The notes beneath the pieces were generated by a model. It saw nothing but the letters and a program-made list of their open reading frames with translations. It was not told the origin of the DNA and did not search any database. Positions 27,935-38,090 of a DNA stretch of 64,000 nucleotides are shown here, piece by piece. How positions within the stretch are numbered: the stretch's first letter is position 1; each line of letters begins with the position of its first letter. Both the position numbers and the translations under genes were made by a program. The DNA lies in IMG/VR virus record IMGVR_UViG_3300020463_000008, positions 32,001-96,000 of that record, one strand, 5' to 3'. The stretch is from a virus.

Positions 27935-28476
27935 GAATCGTCCTGTATCGGCTCAATCTCATCTTGCATTTGTTTGGAATATGTATAGGTCTCTGGCTCA
28001 ACTGCTTTGATTGCTTCTTTCATTTCATCTTCGCCACCTCTGAAAAGAACTTGCTTCTCAGCCATTTGTTCTTTTATCATAGCCATTAAAAAGTCACCAA
28101 GTATTTTTTCAACTTCAACCTTTGGTACTGTCCTATATTTATCTGGACCCTCGATCTCATAATTGTAATCAAGTTTAATAGTTTCATCCTCAGTGGGTTG
28201 AAATGCTACTTTACCAAAGGAAACAATCTTATCCTGTAAAATACCCTCTGTGATTTTAAGTTTCATAAACCCTTGTTCGTTGGTTTCTTCTAAGACTTCG
28301 TGGGGTAATTGTTCCTGAGCAGTTGCTCGCAACTTGTCAGTATGATAATTTTTAGTTTCCCATTCTTCTTTTGCTTTTAGATAATCCTCTTCCGAGACAT
28401 AATCATTAGCAGAATGAATAGGTAGATATTCCTTGGGGTTATTCCCCTGAATTATCTCGCTCAACTTCTTTTTCAT
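27931..28476 (-). CDS. Hypothetical protein at the T4 gp40 position
   Basis: Between uvsX and 41; LKITEG..SFGKVAF..LDYNYEI. Confidence 0.6.
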   Translation of the reverse strand: MKKKLSEIIQGNNPKEYLPIHSANDYVSEEDYLKAKEEWETKNYHTDKLRATAQEQLPHEVLEETNEQGFMKLKITEGILQDKIVSFGKVAFQPTEDETIKLDYNYEIEGPDKYRTVPKVEVEKILGDFLMAMIKEQMAEKQVLFRGGEDEMKEAIKAVEPETYTYSKQMQDEIEPIQDDS

Positions 28477-29500
28477 CTATTTCCTCTAATGTAGATCCAC
28501 CATACATAAATTTAGTTTTTGTAAAGGCATCTATTTGTTTAAGAACATCTTCAGTAAAATACTTTTCAGGATCGTTGGCGATATGCTTACCGAAAACTTT
28601 TTTTCCATCAACAGTAATCCTACCACCAGCAGCATCCCAGATACCTGCTTCAACTGCAAGATCTGTTAGTCCATGATAACGAGAAAGTCCTTTCTCAAAG
28701 TTAAGTTTGCATTCTACTTTAGAATTCTCTTTAGTGAATCTAGATTTTTGTGTAGTACATCTAATAATATTTCCGACAACTTCTGTACCATCTTTATCTT
28801 TACTCTTACCCAAGAACACGATTGTAGATGCAGCATACTTTAAGCCACCTCCACCACCCATGTCTTTCATAGGAACATAAGATCCGATAACATCGTAAGT
28901 ATGATTTGTCACAATCATTGGTACATCAAGCTGTGCTAGTTTTAGACTCAATACTCTGAAAGCACCTCTAACTAATTGTGCTCTCGTCATATCACGAGTA
29001 TCTTTGCCCTCTGCCACATCTGCTACTTCTTTGGTGGTTGAAAGCATACCAAGTGAGTCCAAACAAAATAGGATTGGCTTCCTAGCTGGTTCTGGTACAT
29101 TTTTATGGTTTTCAAGTATTCGCACAGCTTGAGTACGAAACTCCTGAATAGTAGTGACAGGAACAATCACGAACCTGTTAGAATCAATATCTCTATCTTC
29201 GAGGATCTGCTTAGTAAGAGCACCCTCTGTTTCAAAATATATAACACCTGCTTCTTTATCCATGTCTAGAAAGTTTTTAGCAACTCCTAGAGCAAAGAAT
29301 GTTTTTCCTGTAGAACTTTCACCAGCAAGGGCAGTGACCTTGTTTCCTGGGAGTCCACCATATATAGATCCACTTAATAAAGCATTAAATGCGTAAGACC
29401 CTGTGTCAACAAAGTGAACATCAGAGTCTAAAGCATTTTCCGCAAGTCCTGCGTACTCATTATCAAGATTATCTATAAGGTCGTTTAAATAACCAACCAT
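28439..29500 (-). CDS. uvsX: RecA-like recombinase UvsX
   Basis: [48 protein letters not shown]. Confidence 0.95.
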   Translation of the reverse strand: MVGYLNDLIDNLDNEYAGLAENALDSDVHFVDTGSYAFNALLSGSIYGGLPGNKVTALAGESSTGKTFFALGVAKNFLDMDKEAGVIYFETEGALTKQILEDRDIDSNRFVIVPVTTIQEFRTQAVRILENHKNVPEPARKPILFCLDSLGMLSTTKEVADVAEGKDTRDMTRAQLVRGAFRVLSLKLAQLDVPMIVTNHTYDVIGSYVPMKDMGGGGGLKYAASTIVFLGKSKDKDGTEVVGNIIRCTTQKSRFTKENSKVECKLNFEKGLSRYHGLTDLAVEAGIWDAAGGRITVDGKKVFGKHIANDPEKYFTEDVLKQIDAFTKTKFMYGGSTLEEIDEKEVERDNSGE

Positions 29501-29519
29501 ATATTATTCTCCTATTAAA

Positions 29520-30086
29520 TTAAACTTCATTCTTAGTCGGCTCAACAATAACTGGCTCTAATTTATTCATTTGAATATTAGGTGCCAATCTATTTTTGTT
29601 TTCCGACCATTTCAATCCAACATATACTCTATACAAACCATCGGCTGTAATGAATACATCTTTATTCCATTCTTCGTATCCTGGAAGAGAAGTTGGTGAA
29701 ATAATATTATTTGTTTGAGAGGTAGATCTTTCAATCATTAGATCCTCTCCTTCACCAGATCCTTCTTCTTTATATATAGATTCATTTTGAGTGATTCTAC
29801 CATTTACTTGGTCAGCTAAATCCGACTTCGCAATAGTAGTAGCTTTATCTAGAGCAAACTGTAAGTCATAAGATACAGAAGAACCAACACCATAAATGTA
29901 TTCGTTAGCATCCCTGTTTCTAATTATGCCTTTTTTAACATCGTGGTCTAAGTACCAAGTCGGCACTTTATTTAGAACACCATCTCTATTAGCTTCTTGA
30001 GTTATCTTAGTTGTCGAACACGCACTCACAAATAAAGCGAGCATTCCAACTAAGATTATTGTTTTAAAATTTTGAAACGATGACAT
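29520..30086 (-). CDS. Lipoprotein (LPP20-like)
   Basis: Signal peptide with VSAC lipobox; VPTWY..YGVGSS..DLQFALDKA. Confidence 0.7.
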   Translation of the reverse strand: MSSFQNFKTIILVGMLALFVSACSTTKITQEANRDGVLNKVPTWYLDHDVKKGIIRNRDANEYIYGVGSSVSYDLQFALDKATTIAKSDLADQVNGRITQNESIYKEEGSGEGEDLMIERSTSQTNNIISPTSLPGYEEWNKDVFITADGLYRVYVGLKWSENKNRLAPNIQMNKLEPVIVEPTKNEV

Positions 30087-30183
30087 GGTAAACCTCCTTC
30101 ACGATTTCAATTATGTTATTAGCAATATCAGGATAAAAATAAGTGAGAGCAATCCCGATACTGATTCCAATAATATATTTCAT
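30064..30183 (-). CDS. Small membrane peptide (39 aa)
   Basis: MKYIIGISIGIALTYFYPD..., with GGAG RBS. Confidence 0.5.
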   Translation of the reverse strand: MKYIIGISIGIALTYFYPDIANNIIEIVKEVYHVIVSKF

Positions 30184-30197
30184 TATATAATTATCTC

Positions 30198-30491
30198 CTA
30201 GTTCATTTCAGTAATTACTTTAACAAAAACAGAATACATCATCAGTTGTGCAGCTTCATATAGTAAGGCATCAGTTGCGTTAGCATCTGGGTCAAACTTT
30301 TGATGTCCCATTTTAGTCTCTTCCTTACAAGTAGTCGTCTGTATCTCAGATACGATAATACCATTCTGTACGATTTGAGTTGTCTCAGTTGTACAGTTTG
30401 GACCATATACCTTTGTCAGAGGAGCAGTGTAAGCTGGAGGAGAACACATAGTTATCCCCAGAAAGACCATTAATGTAATTACTTTATTCAT
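30198..30491 (-). CDS. Secreted hypothetical protein
   Basis: Signal peptide and a Cys pair; promoter TTTACT-17-TAATAT at 30500-30528. Confidence 0.65.
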   Translation of the reverse strand: MNKVITLMVFLGITMCSPPAYTAPLTKVYGPNCTTETTQIVQNGIIVSEIQTTTCKEETKMGHQKFDPDANATDALLYEAAQLMMYSVFVKVITEMN

Positions 30492-30548
30492 TATCAGTAA
30501 TATTACTTGAAAAAAACTTAAAAGTAAACCAGTGGTAAGTCATTGAAA

Positions 30549-33032
30549 TTAAAAGAAATCCTCCAAACTCGCTGTTTCTTTGACCTTCCAGCGAAGCGAT
30601 TGTACCAATATCTCTAGTGGATCGAGGAATACTTTCTCGAACATAAGGTCATAATCAGCATATTTATGTATATCAAACTCCTTAGGAATAACATCTAGAA
30701 AGGATATAACATTCTCCCTCATGGTATTTGGTTTCTTAAGATATACAAACTTAATCTTTTCACCCTCTTTTATCGTGTTATATCTGAGAGTAATATTCTT
30801 TTCTTTTAGATAATGATTATATAATAAAGCACCTCTAACATGAATAGGAGTTGCCTTGCGATATATCATTGAAGAATCTTTATATTGTTTCAAACCATTT
30901 ACAGATCTAGGAAAAGCAATATCTTCAACAGGAAGTCCATTGAAATGCGTTCTAGCTTTTTCAATAAAGGCATATAAATCAGATTGAGTTCCACGAAGAA
31001 CAGTTGGTAATACCTCTTTCAATAATTCACGAACAGCATGTGGTGTAGAAGATTTAATCATCTCTAGACCCATAATCTTCATCTTAGGTTTTTTATAAGA
31101 TACACCCTCAGAATTATATACTGAAAGAACATATCTTTTCTTGGCAGTCCATAAACCTTTATCAGCTAGAACTTCCCTTTCCATTACCATCTTGTTGGCA
31201 AAGGCATTCTGTCTTGTAGCAAGTTCAGCATATTGTTCATTTATATATGGCATAAATTTTTCATTACATATTGTGTCTAGGAACTTAATAGTTTTATTTA
31301 TGTCAGATTGTTTTTCTCCCATAACTTTATCTACAAGTTTTTCGAATGTCACATATATAGAATCTGTATCAACAGCTATAATATAATCTTCATCTTTCGT
31401 ACCTATTATCTTATTAAGATAATCATTCATTCTATCGTGAATCCAACGAATAGATAATTGACCAGAAGTAGTAATAGCTTCAGCCATCTTTAAATCAAAA
31501 TATCTAAAGTACTGGTTGCCGAGTGCACCATAAGCAGAGTTAAGAGCAATCTTCATTCCCATCTGATAATTGTTTTTACTTGAGATAACTTTTAATTGTC
31601 TAGGATCGTTTTCATCTTCATATAATTGTCGTGCTTGAAGCATTTCTTTTTTAGCAATCTTTCTTTGATTATAGAAGTCTTCCATAATAGATGGGAATAC
31701 ACCTCTAAAGTCTTTTCTATATTGAGAACCATTTGCAGCAACAGCATAATCAGATTCTTGAGCAGGATGTTTAAGATAATGGTCAACACCTTTCTCAACT
31801 GATTCTTGTTGTAGTGTTTCAGGGGAGATATTATATTGCATAATTAAATGCGGATATAGTGAGTTCAAGTCAAAGGAAGCGACCCATTTATGTAAACCAA
31901 CTATCGGATCTTTTACGAATGCTCCTTCAAATTTGGCAGATTTATCTTGGTTTGACTTTGGTGGTATTACGACATTTACTTTCATCAGATAATTGTGAAC
32001 AATCATATCCCACATACGAACCTGAGAAAATACATCATCATAATTAATCTTAGCATTATATGCCATAGTTAGTTGAAGTTCAATCAGCTTCATCTTATCT
32101 TCTAGTCTGTCAACCAATCTGGTATCAACGACATTATAATCAACAAATTTATTCCAATCGTTTTTATAAAACTCTGAGAATGTTGCGTACTCACTATGGT
32201 CAAGTTTCTTTTCACCAAGTTCAACGAATGCTATGTTATCTAAACGATAAGATTCCTGAGCAGTATATGTATATTTCTTATAGAGGTCAAGATAGTCAAG
32301 TTGAGCAATACCTGCGATTGCTATGGCGAACTCTTTATTACCTTTTACAAATATCTCTCGTTCATGTACAATCTTCCAAGGGGATAATCTACGAGCATGG
32401 TCTTCACCAATTACATGACACATTCTTCGCCATAAATATGCGAGGTCAAAAAACTGAGAGTTCCATCCAGTAATAACATCTGGATAATTTAATATCCAAT
32501 AGTCTAGGAATTTATTAAAGAGAATCTTTTCATCTCTACAATATACATATCGCCAATTATTATGTTGCTGTGCATCACCTGTATATTCTTTAGTTCCGAA
32601 AGTGACAGTTTCTTTGGTATGGTTATCTTGTAAAGTAATTAAAAGAAGTTTCTCGTTGGCTCTTTCAATATTAGGGAATCCTTCTTCAGCTTCAGTTTCA
32701 ATATCAATAGACCAAATCTTAATAAGATCTTTATCCCATTCAATATCATTTTTAAACTCGTCATGCATATATTGATAATGCCATTGAGTCTGACCATGAA
32801 CATCCATGACTTCTTGGTATTGTTGAACAAAAGATTTTGCATCTCTTATATTAGCTTGTTGGATTTTATAGGCAGGTTGCCCTTTGAGAGTTTTGTATGG
32901 TGTTTCGCCTTTACCTCTCGTCACCCATACACTGGGTTTGAAAGGTATTTTTTCTGCTCGTCTTTTACCACCAGAAACATATCTGACTAGTAATTGATTG
33001 CCATGTGGGTGAACATTTGTATAAAACTTCAT
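30549..33032 (-). CDS. 43: Family B DNA polymerase (gp43)
   Basis: Exonuclease DIETE, GWNSQFFD, YNVVD; polymerase SFDLNSLYPH, KIALNSAYG, AVDTDS. Uninterrupted. Confidence 0.97.
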   Translation of the reverse strand: MKFYTNVHPHGNQLLVRYVSGGKRRAEKIPFKPSVWVTRGKGETPYKTLKGQPAYKIQQANIRDAKSFVQQYQEVMDVHGQTQWHYQYMHDEFKNDIEWDKDLIKIWSIDIETEAEEGFPNIERANEKLLLITLQDNHTKETVTFGTKEYTGDAQQHNNWRYVYCRDEKILFNKFLDYWILNYPDVITGWNSQFFDLAYLWRRMCHVIGEDHARRLSPWKIVHEREIFVKGNKEFAIAIAGIAQLDYLDLYKKYTYTAQESYRLDNIAFVELGEKKLDHSEYATFSEFYKNDWNKFVDYNVVDTRLVDRLEDKMKLIELQLTMAYNAKINYDDVFSQVRMWDMIVHNYLMKVNVVIPPKSNQDKSAKFEGAFVKDPIVGLHKWVASFDLNSLYPHLIMQYNISPETLQQESVEKGVDHYLKHPAQESDYAVAANGSQYRKDFRGVFPSIMEDFYNQRKIAKKEMLQARQLYEDENDPRQLKVISSKNNYQMGMKIALNSAYGALGNQYFRYFDLKMAEAITTSGQLSIRWIHDRMNDYLNKIIGTKDEDYIIAVDTDSIYVTFEKLVDKVMGEKQSDINKTIKFLDTICNEKFMPYINEQYAELATRQNAFANKMVMEREVLADKGLWTAKKRYVLSVYNSEGVSYKKPKMKIMGLEMIKSSTPHAVRELLKEVLPTVLRGTQSDLYAFIEKARTHFNGLPVEDIAFPRSVNGLKQYKDSSMIYRKATPIHVRGALLYNHYLKEKNITLRYNTIKEGEKIKFVYLKKPNTMRENVISFLDVIPKEFDIHKYADYDLMFEKVFLDPLEILVQSLRWKVKETASLEDFF

Positions 33033-33039
33033 TAATACA

Positions 33040-33068
33040 ACTCTACTCTTTTATTTGTTAAAAGTAAA
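33040..33068 (-). promoter_or_regulatory. Promoter upstream of gp43
   Basis: TTTACT-17-TAGAGT. Confidence 0.65.
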
Positions 33069-33069
33069 G

Positions 33070-33387
33070 TTATACAATTAATTTCTTCTCTGGCATCACC
33101 AATCCTGAAGGATTGCCCCAGATTCGTTCATACTCATCTTTTAATTGTTCGGTTGGTGTCACAACAGATTGTACTGCTGTCTTATAAAACATAATTGAAT
33201 ATTCTGGATTTCCATAAGGACAATATGGTGCAAGACCAACTTGTTGTTTTGTAGGATCCGATCCTGGATCAGTCACCAGCATACTCGGCATTTTAGTTTC
33301 ATAAGTCTCGGTGTCAGTAGCCACTATTTCAGCAACTATAATTTCACCAGAGGTCATCATTAATAATTTAATTTGTTTATCACTCAT
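33070..33387 (-). CDS. Conserved Sm-like phage protein
   Basis: IKLLMMTSGEIIVAEI..GLAPY..EYERIWG..GLVMP. Confidence 0.7.
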   Translation of the reverse strand: MSDKQIKLLMMTSGEIIVAEIVATDTETYETKMPSMLVTDPGSDPTKQQVGLAPYCPYGNPEYSIMFYKTAVQSVVTPTEQLKDEYERIWGNPSGLVMPEKKLIV

Positions 33388-33410
33388 AATATCTCCATGT
33401 TAAAGTGGTG

Positions 33411-33432
33411 CTCCCCACCATCGGGTGGGGAG
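33411..33432 (-). terminator. Stem-loop after hsp20
   Basis: CTCCCCACC-ATCG-GGTGGGGAG, a perfect 9-bp hairpin. Confidence 0.7.
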
Positions 33433-33442
33433 TCTTGTTAAT

Positions 33443-33865
33443 TTACTTAATGTCTATGACTTTAAGTTTTTTTTCTTCAGGAATAATCCTTTCAAGTTCG
33501 ACAGAAAGCATTCCGTCTTTCATCTTAGCACCTTTGACTATTACATCATCAGCAACTGTAAATGTACGAGTGAAGTTTCTCTTAGAGATTCCTCTATGTA
33601 CATACTCATCGTCAGCATCATCATCATTAGGAACTGACTTAACTGTCAGAACATTTTCCTGATGTTCAACTGCAATATCTTTTTTAGAAAATCCAGCCAC
33701 AGCCATTTCAATAACGAATTCCTCTTCCGAGACTTTCCTTATATTGTATGGTGGGTAGCTTTCTTGTTTGTGGATGGCATTGACATTATCTATTTGATTA
33801 AATAGGTTATCAAAACCGACTGAAAATGGTCTTAGTTGAGACCACATGTTTATATGTGCGTTCAT
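33443..33865 (-). CDS. Small heat shock protein Hsp20 (IbpA-like)
   Basis: SYPPYNI, EMAVAGF, HRGISKRNFTRTF, KDGMLSVEL..IPEEKK. Confidence 0.95.
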   Translation of the reverse strand: MNAHINMWSQLRPFSVGFDNLFNQIDNVNAIHKQESYPPYNIRKVSEEEFVIEMAVAGFSKKDIAVEHQENVLTVKSVPNDDDADDEYVHRGISKRNFTRTFTVADDVIVKGAKMKDGMLSVELERIIPEEKKLKVIDIK

Positions 33866-33922
33866 TTAGTTTCCTCCTTTATGAAGCGAGTTGTTTAAAC
33901 GAGAACCCATTATGGCATTCTC
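33866..33922 (-). promoter_or_regulatory. ROSE-like RNA thermometer in the hsp20 5' UTR
   Basis: Hairpin GAGAAUGCCAUAAUGGGUUCUC, then CUC(G)CUU pairing with the SD AAGGAG with a bulged G. Confidence 0.6.
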
Positions 33923-33976
33923 TATATAATATATAGGTATCATTTTCAAAATTTCAAGTCTTTTTGTGAAAATATC

Positions 33977-35230
33977 TTAAGAAACTCTCACGAATAGTGC
34001 TGGTACTTTAAACCAGTCGGCACTTGCTGGATCATATGAAACAGCTTGTTGTGGACCCATGTTTTTCCAAGTAGAAGAACCTGTCGAATCTACTTGTGAC
34101 CAATCATTCAAACCACCTGAGTCTCCAGGATTTAAACCTGAAGCTGATGCTGGTGGAGCAAAGTTTCCTTGATATCCTGGACCCAAGTTAGTAGTAGATA
34201 ATGTTCCAGAGTGATACCAAAGTTTGTCTCCTGATACAGTACCACCAACAGCAATAGCATAAATGTTAGTTCCTGCTGTGCTGTCAAATACATACCACAT
34301 TCCATAAGTTTGGTTTGCTCCGAGTGTTGTGCTTGGTAAATTAGTTGCATTAGTAGCAGTTGTGGCAGTGGTTGCTGTAAGAGCATTCCCTGTTGTATCC
34401 GCATCTATAGAAGATGGTAATCTAGCTTTATTTAAAGTTCCCGATGCAATATTAGTTGCATTAGTTGTATCAGTAGTTGCCGATGCTGCCAGTGAAGAAG
34501 TATCTGCTTTCGCATTTATTTGCGTTTGAGCATTAGATGATAGTGTATTAATATGTTGGAACTCTGTGTCAGTCACAGTTCCATCAGCTATCTTAGTAGC
34601 ATCAATTGCAGCAGATGCTTTTATGTTAGCATCTTCAAGATTTGTAATAGAGTTGCCAGTACCATCAGCATCAATAGTTTTATTTGTTAGAGTAGTAGTA
34701 GATGCAGCAGTTAGATACCCAGCATTATTAGTAAACATATCAACATTACCAGCTTTATTGGTAAGTGTGTCAGATGAAGATGCAGTAATATATCCACTAT
34801 TATTAGTGAACATTGAAATATTACCAGTCTTATTAGTAAGAGCATCAGAAGATGATGCTGTTATGAAAGTTGATAGGTCGGCAGGAGTGTTAGTAAATAC
34901 ACCTGTGACATTATTAAATGCTAGAGATCCTCCACCTGATGCTGAAGCATTAATCGCTGATAAGTCAGTATATAAGATACCAGCTGTATCGGATCCAGGT
35001 TGCCATTCACTAGCAGAAGCATTGTATTTTAATACTTGCCCATTAGAAACACCAGTCGTATCAACATCACCTAGTGATGCCAATGTCACATTTGCACCTT
35101 GCAGTGCAGATACTAAGTTTCCATATGTAATATGTTTTGTAGTAGATTCAGAAGTGTCAACAACCAGTAATTTGTCTATAGACTCTGGAGTCGCTAATAC
35201 TGGTAATTCACTAATTTTTGCGTCAGCCAT
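33977..35230 (-). CDS. Virion fibre-like structural protein
   Basis: MADAKISELP N-terminus, LGDVDTTGVSNGQVLKYN, ~25-aa tandem repeats, TLTNKTID; CTAAATA late box at 35262-35268. Confidence 0.7.
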   Translation of the reverse strand: MADAKISELPVLATPESIDKLLVVDTSESTTKHITYGNLVSALQGANVTLASLGDVDTTGVSNGQVLKYNASASEWQPGSDTAGILYTDLSAINASASGGGSLAFNNVTGVFTNTPADLSTFITASSSDALTNKTGNISMFTNNSGYITASSSDTLTNKAGNVDMFTNNAGYLTAASTTTLTNKTIDADGTGNSITNLEDANIKASAAIDATKIADGTVTDTEFQHINTLSSNAQTQINAKADTSSLAASATTDTTNATNIASGTLNKARLPSSIDADTTGNALTATTATTATNATNLPSTTLGANQTYGMWYVFDSTAGTNIYAIAVGGTVSGDKLWYHSGTLSTTNLGPGYQGNFAPPASASGLNPGDSGGLNDWSQVDSTGSSTWKNMGPQQAVSYDPASADWFKVPALFVRVS

Positions 35231-35239
35231 TTAAACTCC

Positions 35240-35656
35240 TTATTTTTTCTTGCCAATATTATATTTAGGCACTAATTCCCAAGAAGATTTATCTTTATGG
35301 GATAAAACTTTTATCTGAGACAAGGATGCTTTTGGCTCTGCTTGCTCAGATTTAACAATTTTTAAGAGCTCCCAATCCTGTAGTAATACAGCTATCGTGT
35401 TTCTTCGCTCTATATCGTTATTAGCAATATTAGATTCTTTACCATCTAATGCGAATAGTTCTTTGAAGTGTACTATGAAATACTTGCCTTGTTTATGAAG
35501 TATATGGCAAGACTGGAATAATTTATTTTCTGTTCGGGAAGATATCCCGATTCTTGTAAGGGTTTCTCTCACTTTCAGAAAGTTATCTGGTTCTGGCAGA
35601 GTCACTTCTAACATAGACTCTGGAGACCAATCGTAATGTATCATCTCAACTGACAT
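35240..35656 (-). CDS. regA: Translational repressor RegA
   Basis: PDNFLKVRETLTRIGI, QSCHILHKQG.YFIVHFKELFALDG, RRNTIA, WELVPKYNIG. Confidence 0.97.
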   Translation of the reverse strand: MSVEMIHYDWSPESMLEVTLPEPDNFLKVRETLTRIGISSRTENKLFQSCHILHKQGKYFIVHFKELFALDGKESNIANNDIERRNTIAVLLQDWELLKIVKSEQAEPKASLSQIKVLSHKDKSSWELVPKYNIGKKK

Positions 35657-35658
35657 TT

Positions 35659-36042
35659 TTATTTACCACCTTTATTTAATTTTTGTTCAATAATGCTCAT
35701 CTGGTCAGTTGTTAATATATCCATCACCTGACGAGCCTTTTCTGGAGAATATCCATAATATTCCATAACCAGTTTTAAGGACTCGGTCTGTTTATCTTGC
35801 TTATGCCACTTCGAAAACCTTTTGCCTTTTTCAATAGTATTTAGTAAAAAATAGTATTGCCAAGACCTTGGGATATCATGATAGCGATTCATCATGTTTG
35901 CCTGCATGATTGTATCAGGATAATATCCTAGTCCACGATTGACAATAAAGGGTGCATAATCCTTTTCGGCAAGTGGATTATCCTTAAATAAATCCTTCTT
36001 GTCGTTGGTGATATTGTTTATGTAGAGAAATGGATTTGCCAT
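35659..36042 (-). CDS. 62: Clamp loader small subunit (gp62)
   Basis: YAPFIVNRGL..AN.MN, KRFSKW, EYYGYS.EKA. Confidence 0.92.
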   Translation of the reverse strand: MANPFLYINNITNDKKDLFKDNPLAEKDYAPFIVNRGLGYYPDTIMQANMMNRYHDIPRSWQYYFLLNTIEKGKRFSKWHKQDKQTESLKLVMEYYGYSPEKARQVMDILTTDQMSIIEQKLNKGGK

Positions 36043-36980
36043 TATTTAAACTTACAGGATGCCATTATCTCTGTAAGTGCTGCCATTTTATTAAGTTCAT
36101 GGTCAGCGACAAATGCTGCTTTGTATTGATAGTCAGCCAATATCAATACCAGCTGTGGTACTGAGTCTGGCTTTAATTTTGCATTAGCATTATTAAATAA
36201 ATCAGAAAATAATTGGGTTGTTTCAATATCACTATTTTTAGTGACCCACTTACGAACATCTTTGAAGTTTTTGTCTTTAAGTAATAGGAATAGATTATTC
36301 CAAGACTCGTCACTTACATTAGTCATGACACCAGAATCTATAATACCAGATACTGAATATCTTTGTAGTTCGTTTAATACTCTACGAAAGTCAGGAAAAT
36401 GTTTTTGTATAAGTTCAATAACAGCTTTCTGCTCAAACTTAATATCCTCTCCCTTTAGAATGCCCTCTACCCTGTTATAAAAGGAAGTAGCAACTGCTGG
36501 TTTATCCTTAGCAGTAGTTCTAAACTCTATAACAGCACATCTAGAATGAAGTGGCTCAATAATCCTGTTCTTAAAATTACATGTGAATATAAATCGACAG
36601 TTCCCTGAGAACTCCTCGATAAATGCTCTAAGTGCTGGCTGAGTACTGTTTGGATTCAGATAATCTGCTTCATCAAGAATAACAATTTTCTTTGAGTCTG
36701 TTAGGGAAACAGACGAAGCAAAGTTTTTGATTTTTGTTCGTATCACATCAATGCCAGATTCCTCTGAACCATTAATAAACAGATACTCAGCACCGACTTC
36801 ATTGCAGAGTGCTTTCGCCACTGTAGTCTTACCTACACCAGCAGTACCACAGAACAGAAAGTTCGGCAGTTGCCCACTTGCAATAAACTCTTTAAATGTA
36901 TCCTTTAATGATTCGGTAAGGACGCATTCATCAATAGTTTGTGGTCGATATTTTTCAACCCACAGAAATTGGTTTTCCAT
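36042..36980 (-). CDS. 44: Clamp loader large subunit (gp44)
   Basis: LWVEKYRP, GTAGVGKTT, ILDEAD, PLHSRC, PDFRR. Confidence 0.96.
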   Translation of the reverse strand: MENQFLWVEKYRPQTIDECVLTESLKDTFKEFIASGQLPNFLFCGTAGVGKTTVAKALCNEVGAEYLFINGSEESGIDVIRTKIKNFASSVSLTDSKKIVILDEADYLNPNSTQPALRAFIEEFSGNCRFIFTCNFKNRIIEPLHSRCAVIEFRTTAKDKPAVATSFYNRVEGILKGEDIKFEQKAVIELIQKHFPDFRRVLNELQRYSVSGIIDSGVMTNVSDESWNNLFLLLKDKNFKDVRKWVTKNSDIETTQLFSDLFNNANAKLKPDSVPQLVLILADYQYKAAFVADHELNKMAALTEIMASCKFK

Positions 36981-37000
36981 AATATAAATTCCATTAATAA

Positions 37001-37666
37001 TTAAAAGTCAAAAGTAGAATCAGCTTCAACTGCGATGAAATAAGTCAAGTCATTCATCTTAGAAGCAAACTTCGAGATTCTCTTTTTAGATATAGTGACT
37101 TCATAATCACCATCTAACATCTTAAAATTATCGATCCTGAAATTAACTTTAAAGTCTTTATCAGTATCACCTAGAATAGCATCCCAGGAATTAGATGTAG
37201 CATTCTTCTTATCAGCTACGACAACAGATAGTTTACCATCTGAACCAATGATACTAATATCATTAGATCTTAAAACAGATGATGTCTTCATAATCATATC
37301 GTACATGCTACGAGGAAGATCGAATTTAATATCTTCATCTACAGGCAAAGCATCTTTGGTAGGCGATGCCAACACAGATGGATCTGCAGCATAATATTTT
37401 ACTTTAGATTTACCATTTGCCACAGTGACAAACTTCTCATCAAAGTTAAGTTCGGGATCTGCGTCAAACAGACTGTACACACCCAAGAACTCATTTAAGT
37501 CATAGATTCCAAACTCTCTATCAAAACTTTCTTTGACAGAAGTGGAAGCCATAACATTTTTTTGTGCAGAGATAGTTGATAAACGATCTCCAGCTTTTAT
37601 TAGAATATTGCCATTTATGGTAGCAAAGTTCTTAAGGACACTCAATGTTTCTTTCGAAATTTTCAT
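37001..37666 (-). CDS. 45: Sliding clamp (gp45)
   Basis: MKISKETLSVLKNFATIN, FGIYDLNEFL, YFIAVE. Confidence 0.95.
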   Translation of the reverse strand: MKISKETLSVLKNFATINGNILIKAGDRLSTISAQKNVMASTSVKESFDREFGIYDLNEFLGVYSLFDADPELNFDEKFVTVANGKSKVKYYAADPSVLASPTKDALPVDEDIKFDLPRSMYDMIMKTSSVLRSNDISIIGSDGKLSVVVADKKNATSNSWDAILGDTDKDFKVNFRIDNFKMLDGDYEVTISKKRISKFASKMNDLTYFIAVEADSTFDF

Positions 37667-37671
37667 AATAA

Positions 37672-37962
37672 TTATTTCTCCTTGTTAGTTTTATCATGTT
37701 GATGTAATGCCATCAATGCATAGTGAAGTATTTTAAATATGTCAGATCGATTAAATCCATCTTTCTTACCATACCTTTGGGCATACTTCAGTACATTGCC
37801 CATAAAGAATCCCATACCATGACCACAATCAATTATAAACTCACTTGCTTGAAAAGAGTTTTTTGAATAGTGACCACCATAGGTCTTATCAATATATTTT
37901 TTAAATTCATTTATTAGTTCGTCTTCAGAAAATTTATAGGGGATCTCATCTTTTTTATTCAT
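37672..37962 (-). CDS. DUF3310-like protein
   Basis: TYGGHY..GFFMGNVLKYAQRYGKKDG..DIFKILHY. Confidence 0.75.
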   Translation of the reverse strand: MNKKDEIPYKFSEDELINEFKKYIDKTYGGHYSKNSFQASEFIIDCGHGMGFFMGNVLKYAQRYGKKDGFNRSDIFKILHYALMALHQHDKTNKEK

Positions 37963-37969
37963 ATTATCA

Positions 37970-37998
37970 ATCTTATATTAAAAAAACTTAAAAGTAAA
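37970..37998 (-). promoter_or_regulatory. Promoter for the clamp/clamp-loader operon
   Basis: TTTACT-17-TAAGAT immediately 3' of the tRNA. Confidence 0.65.
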
Positions 37999-37999
37999 G

Positions 38000-38075
38000 T
38001 GGCGAACTCAACAGGACTCGAACCTGTAATACAAGTTTAGAAGACTAGTGTGATATCCAGTTTCACCATGAGTCC
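38000..38075 (-). tRNA. tRNA-Arg (anticodon UCU)
   Basis: GGACTCA acceptor, D arm GTGA/TCAC, anticodon loop CTTCTAA, T arm ACAGG-TTCGAGT-CCTGT, encoded CCA; one U-U mismatch in the anticodon stem. Confidence 0.93.
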
Positions 38076-38090
38076 TACCACTCTAATAGC

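Noticed and set aside
30549-33032. Introns, inteins or homing endonucleases in gp43, nrdA, gp41 or gp17
   Set aside because: All are continuous and of normal length; I saw no intein ends or LAGLIDADG/GIY-YIG/HNH motifs.
34566-35234. 222-aa plus-strand ORF, and the other plus-strand ORFs in the track such as 19622-20071, 55888-56274 and 60200-60577
   Set aside because: They are antisense shadows of well-supported minus-strand genes, with no RBS or recognisable motifs.
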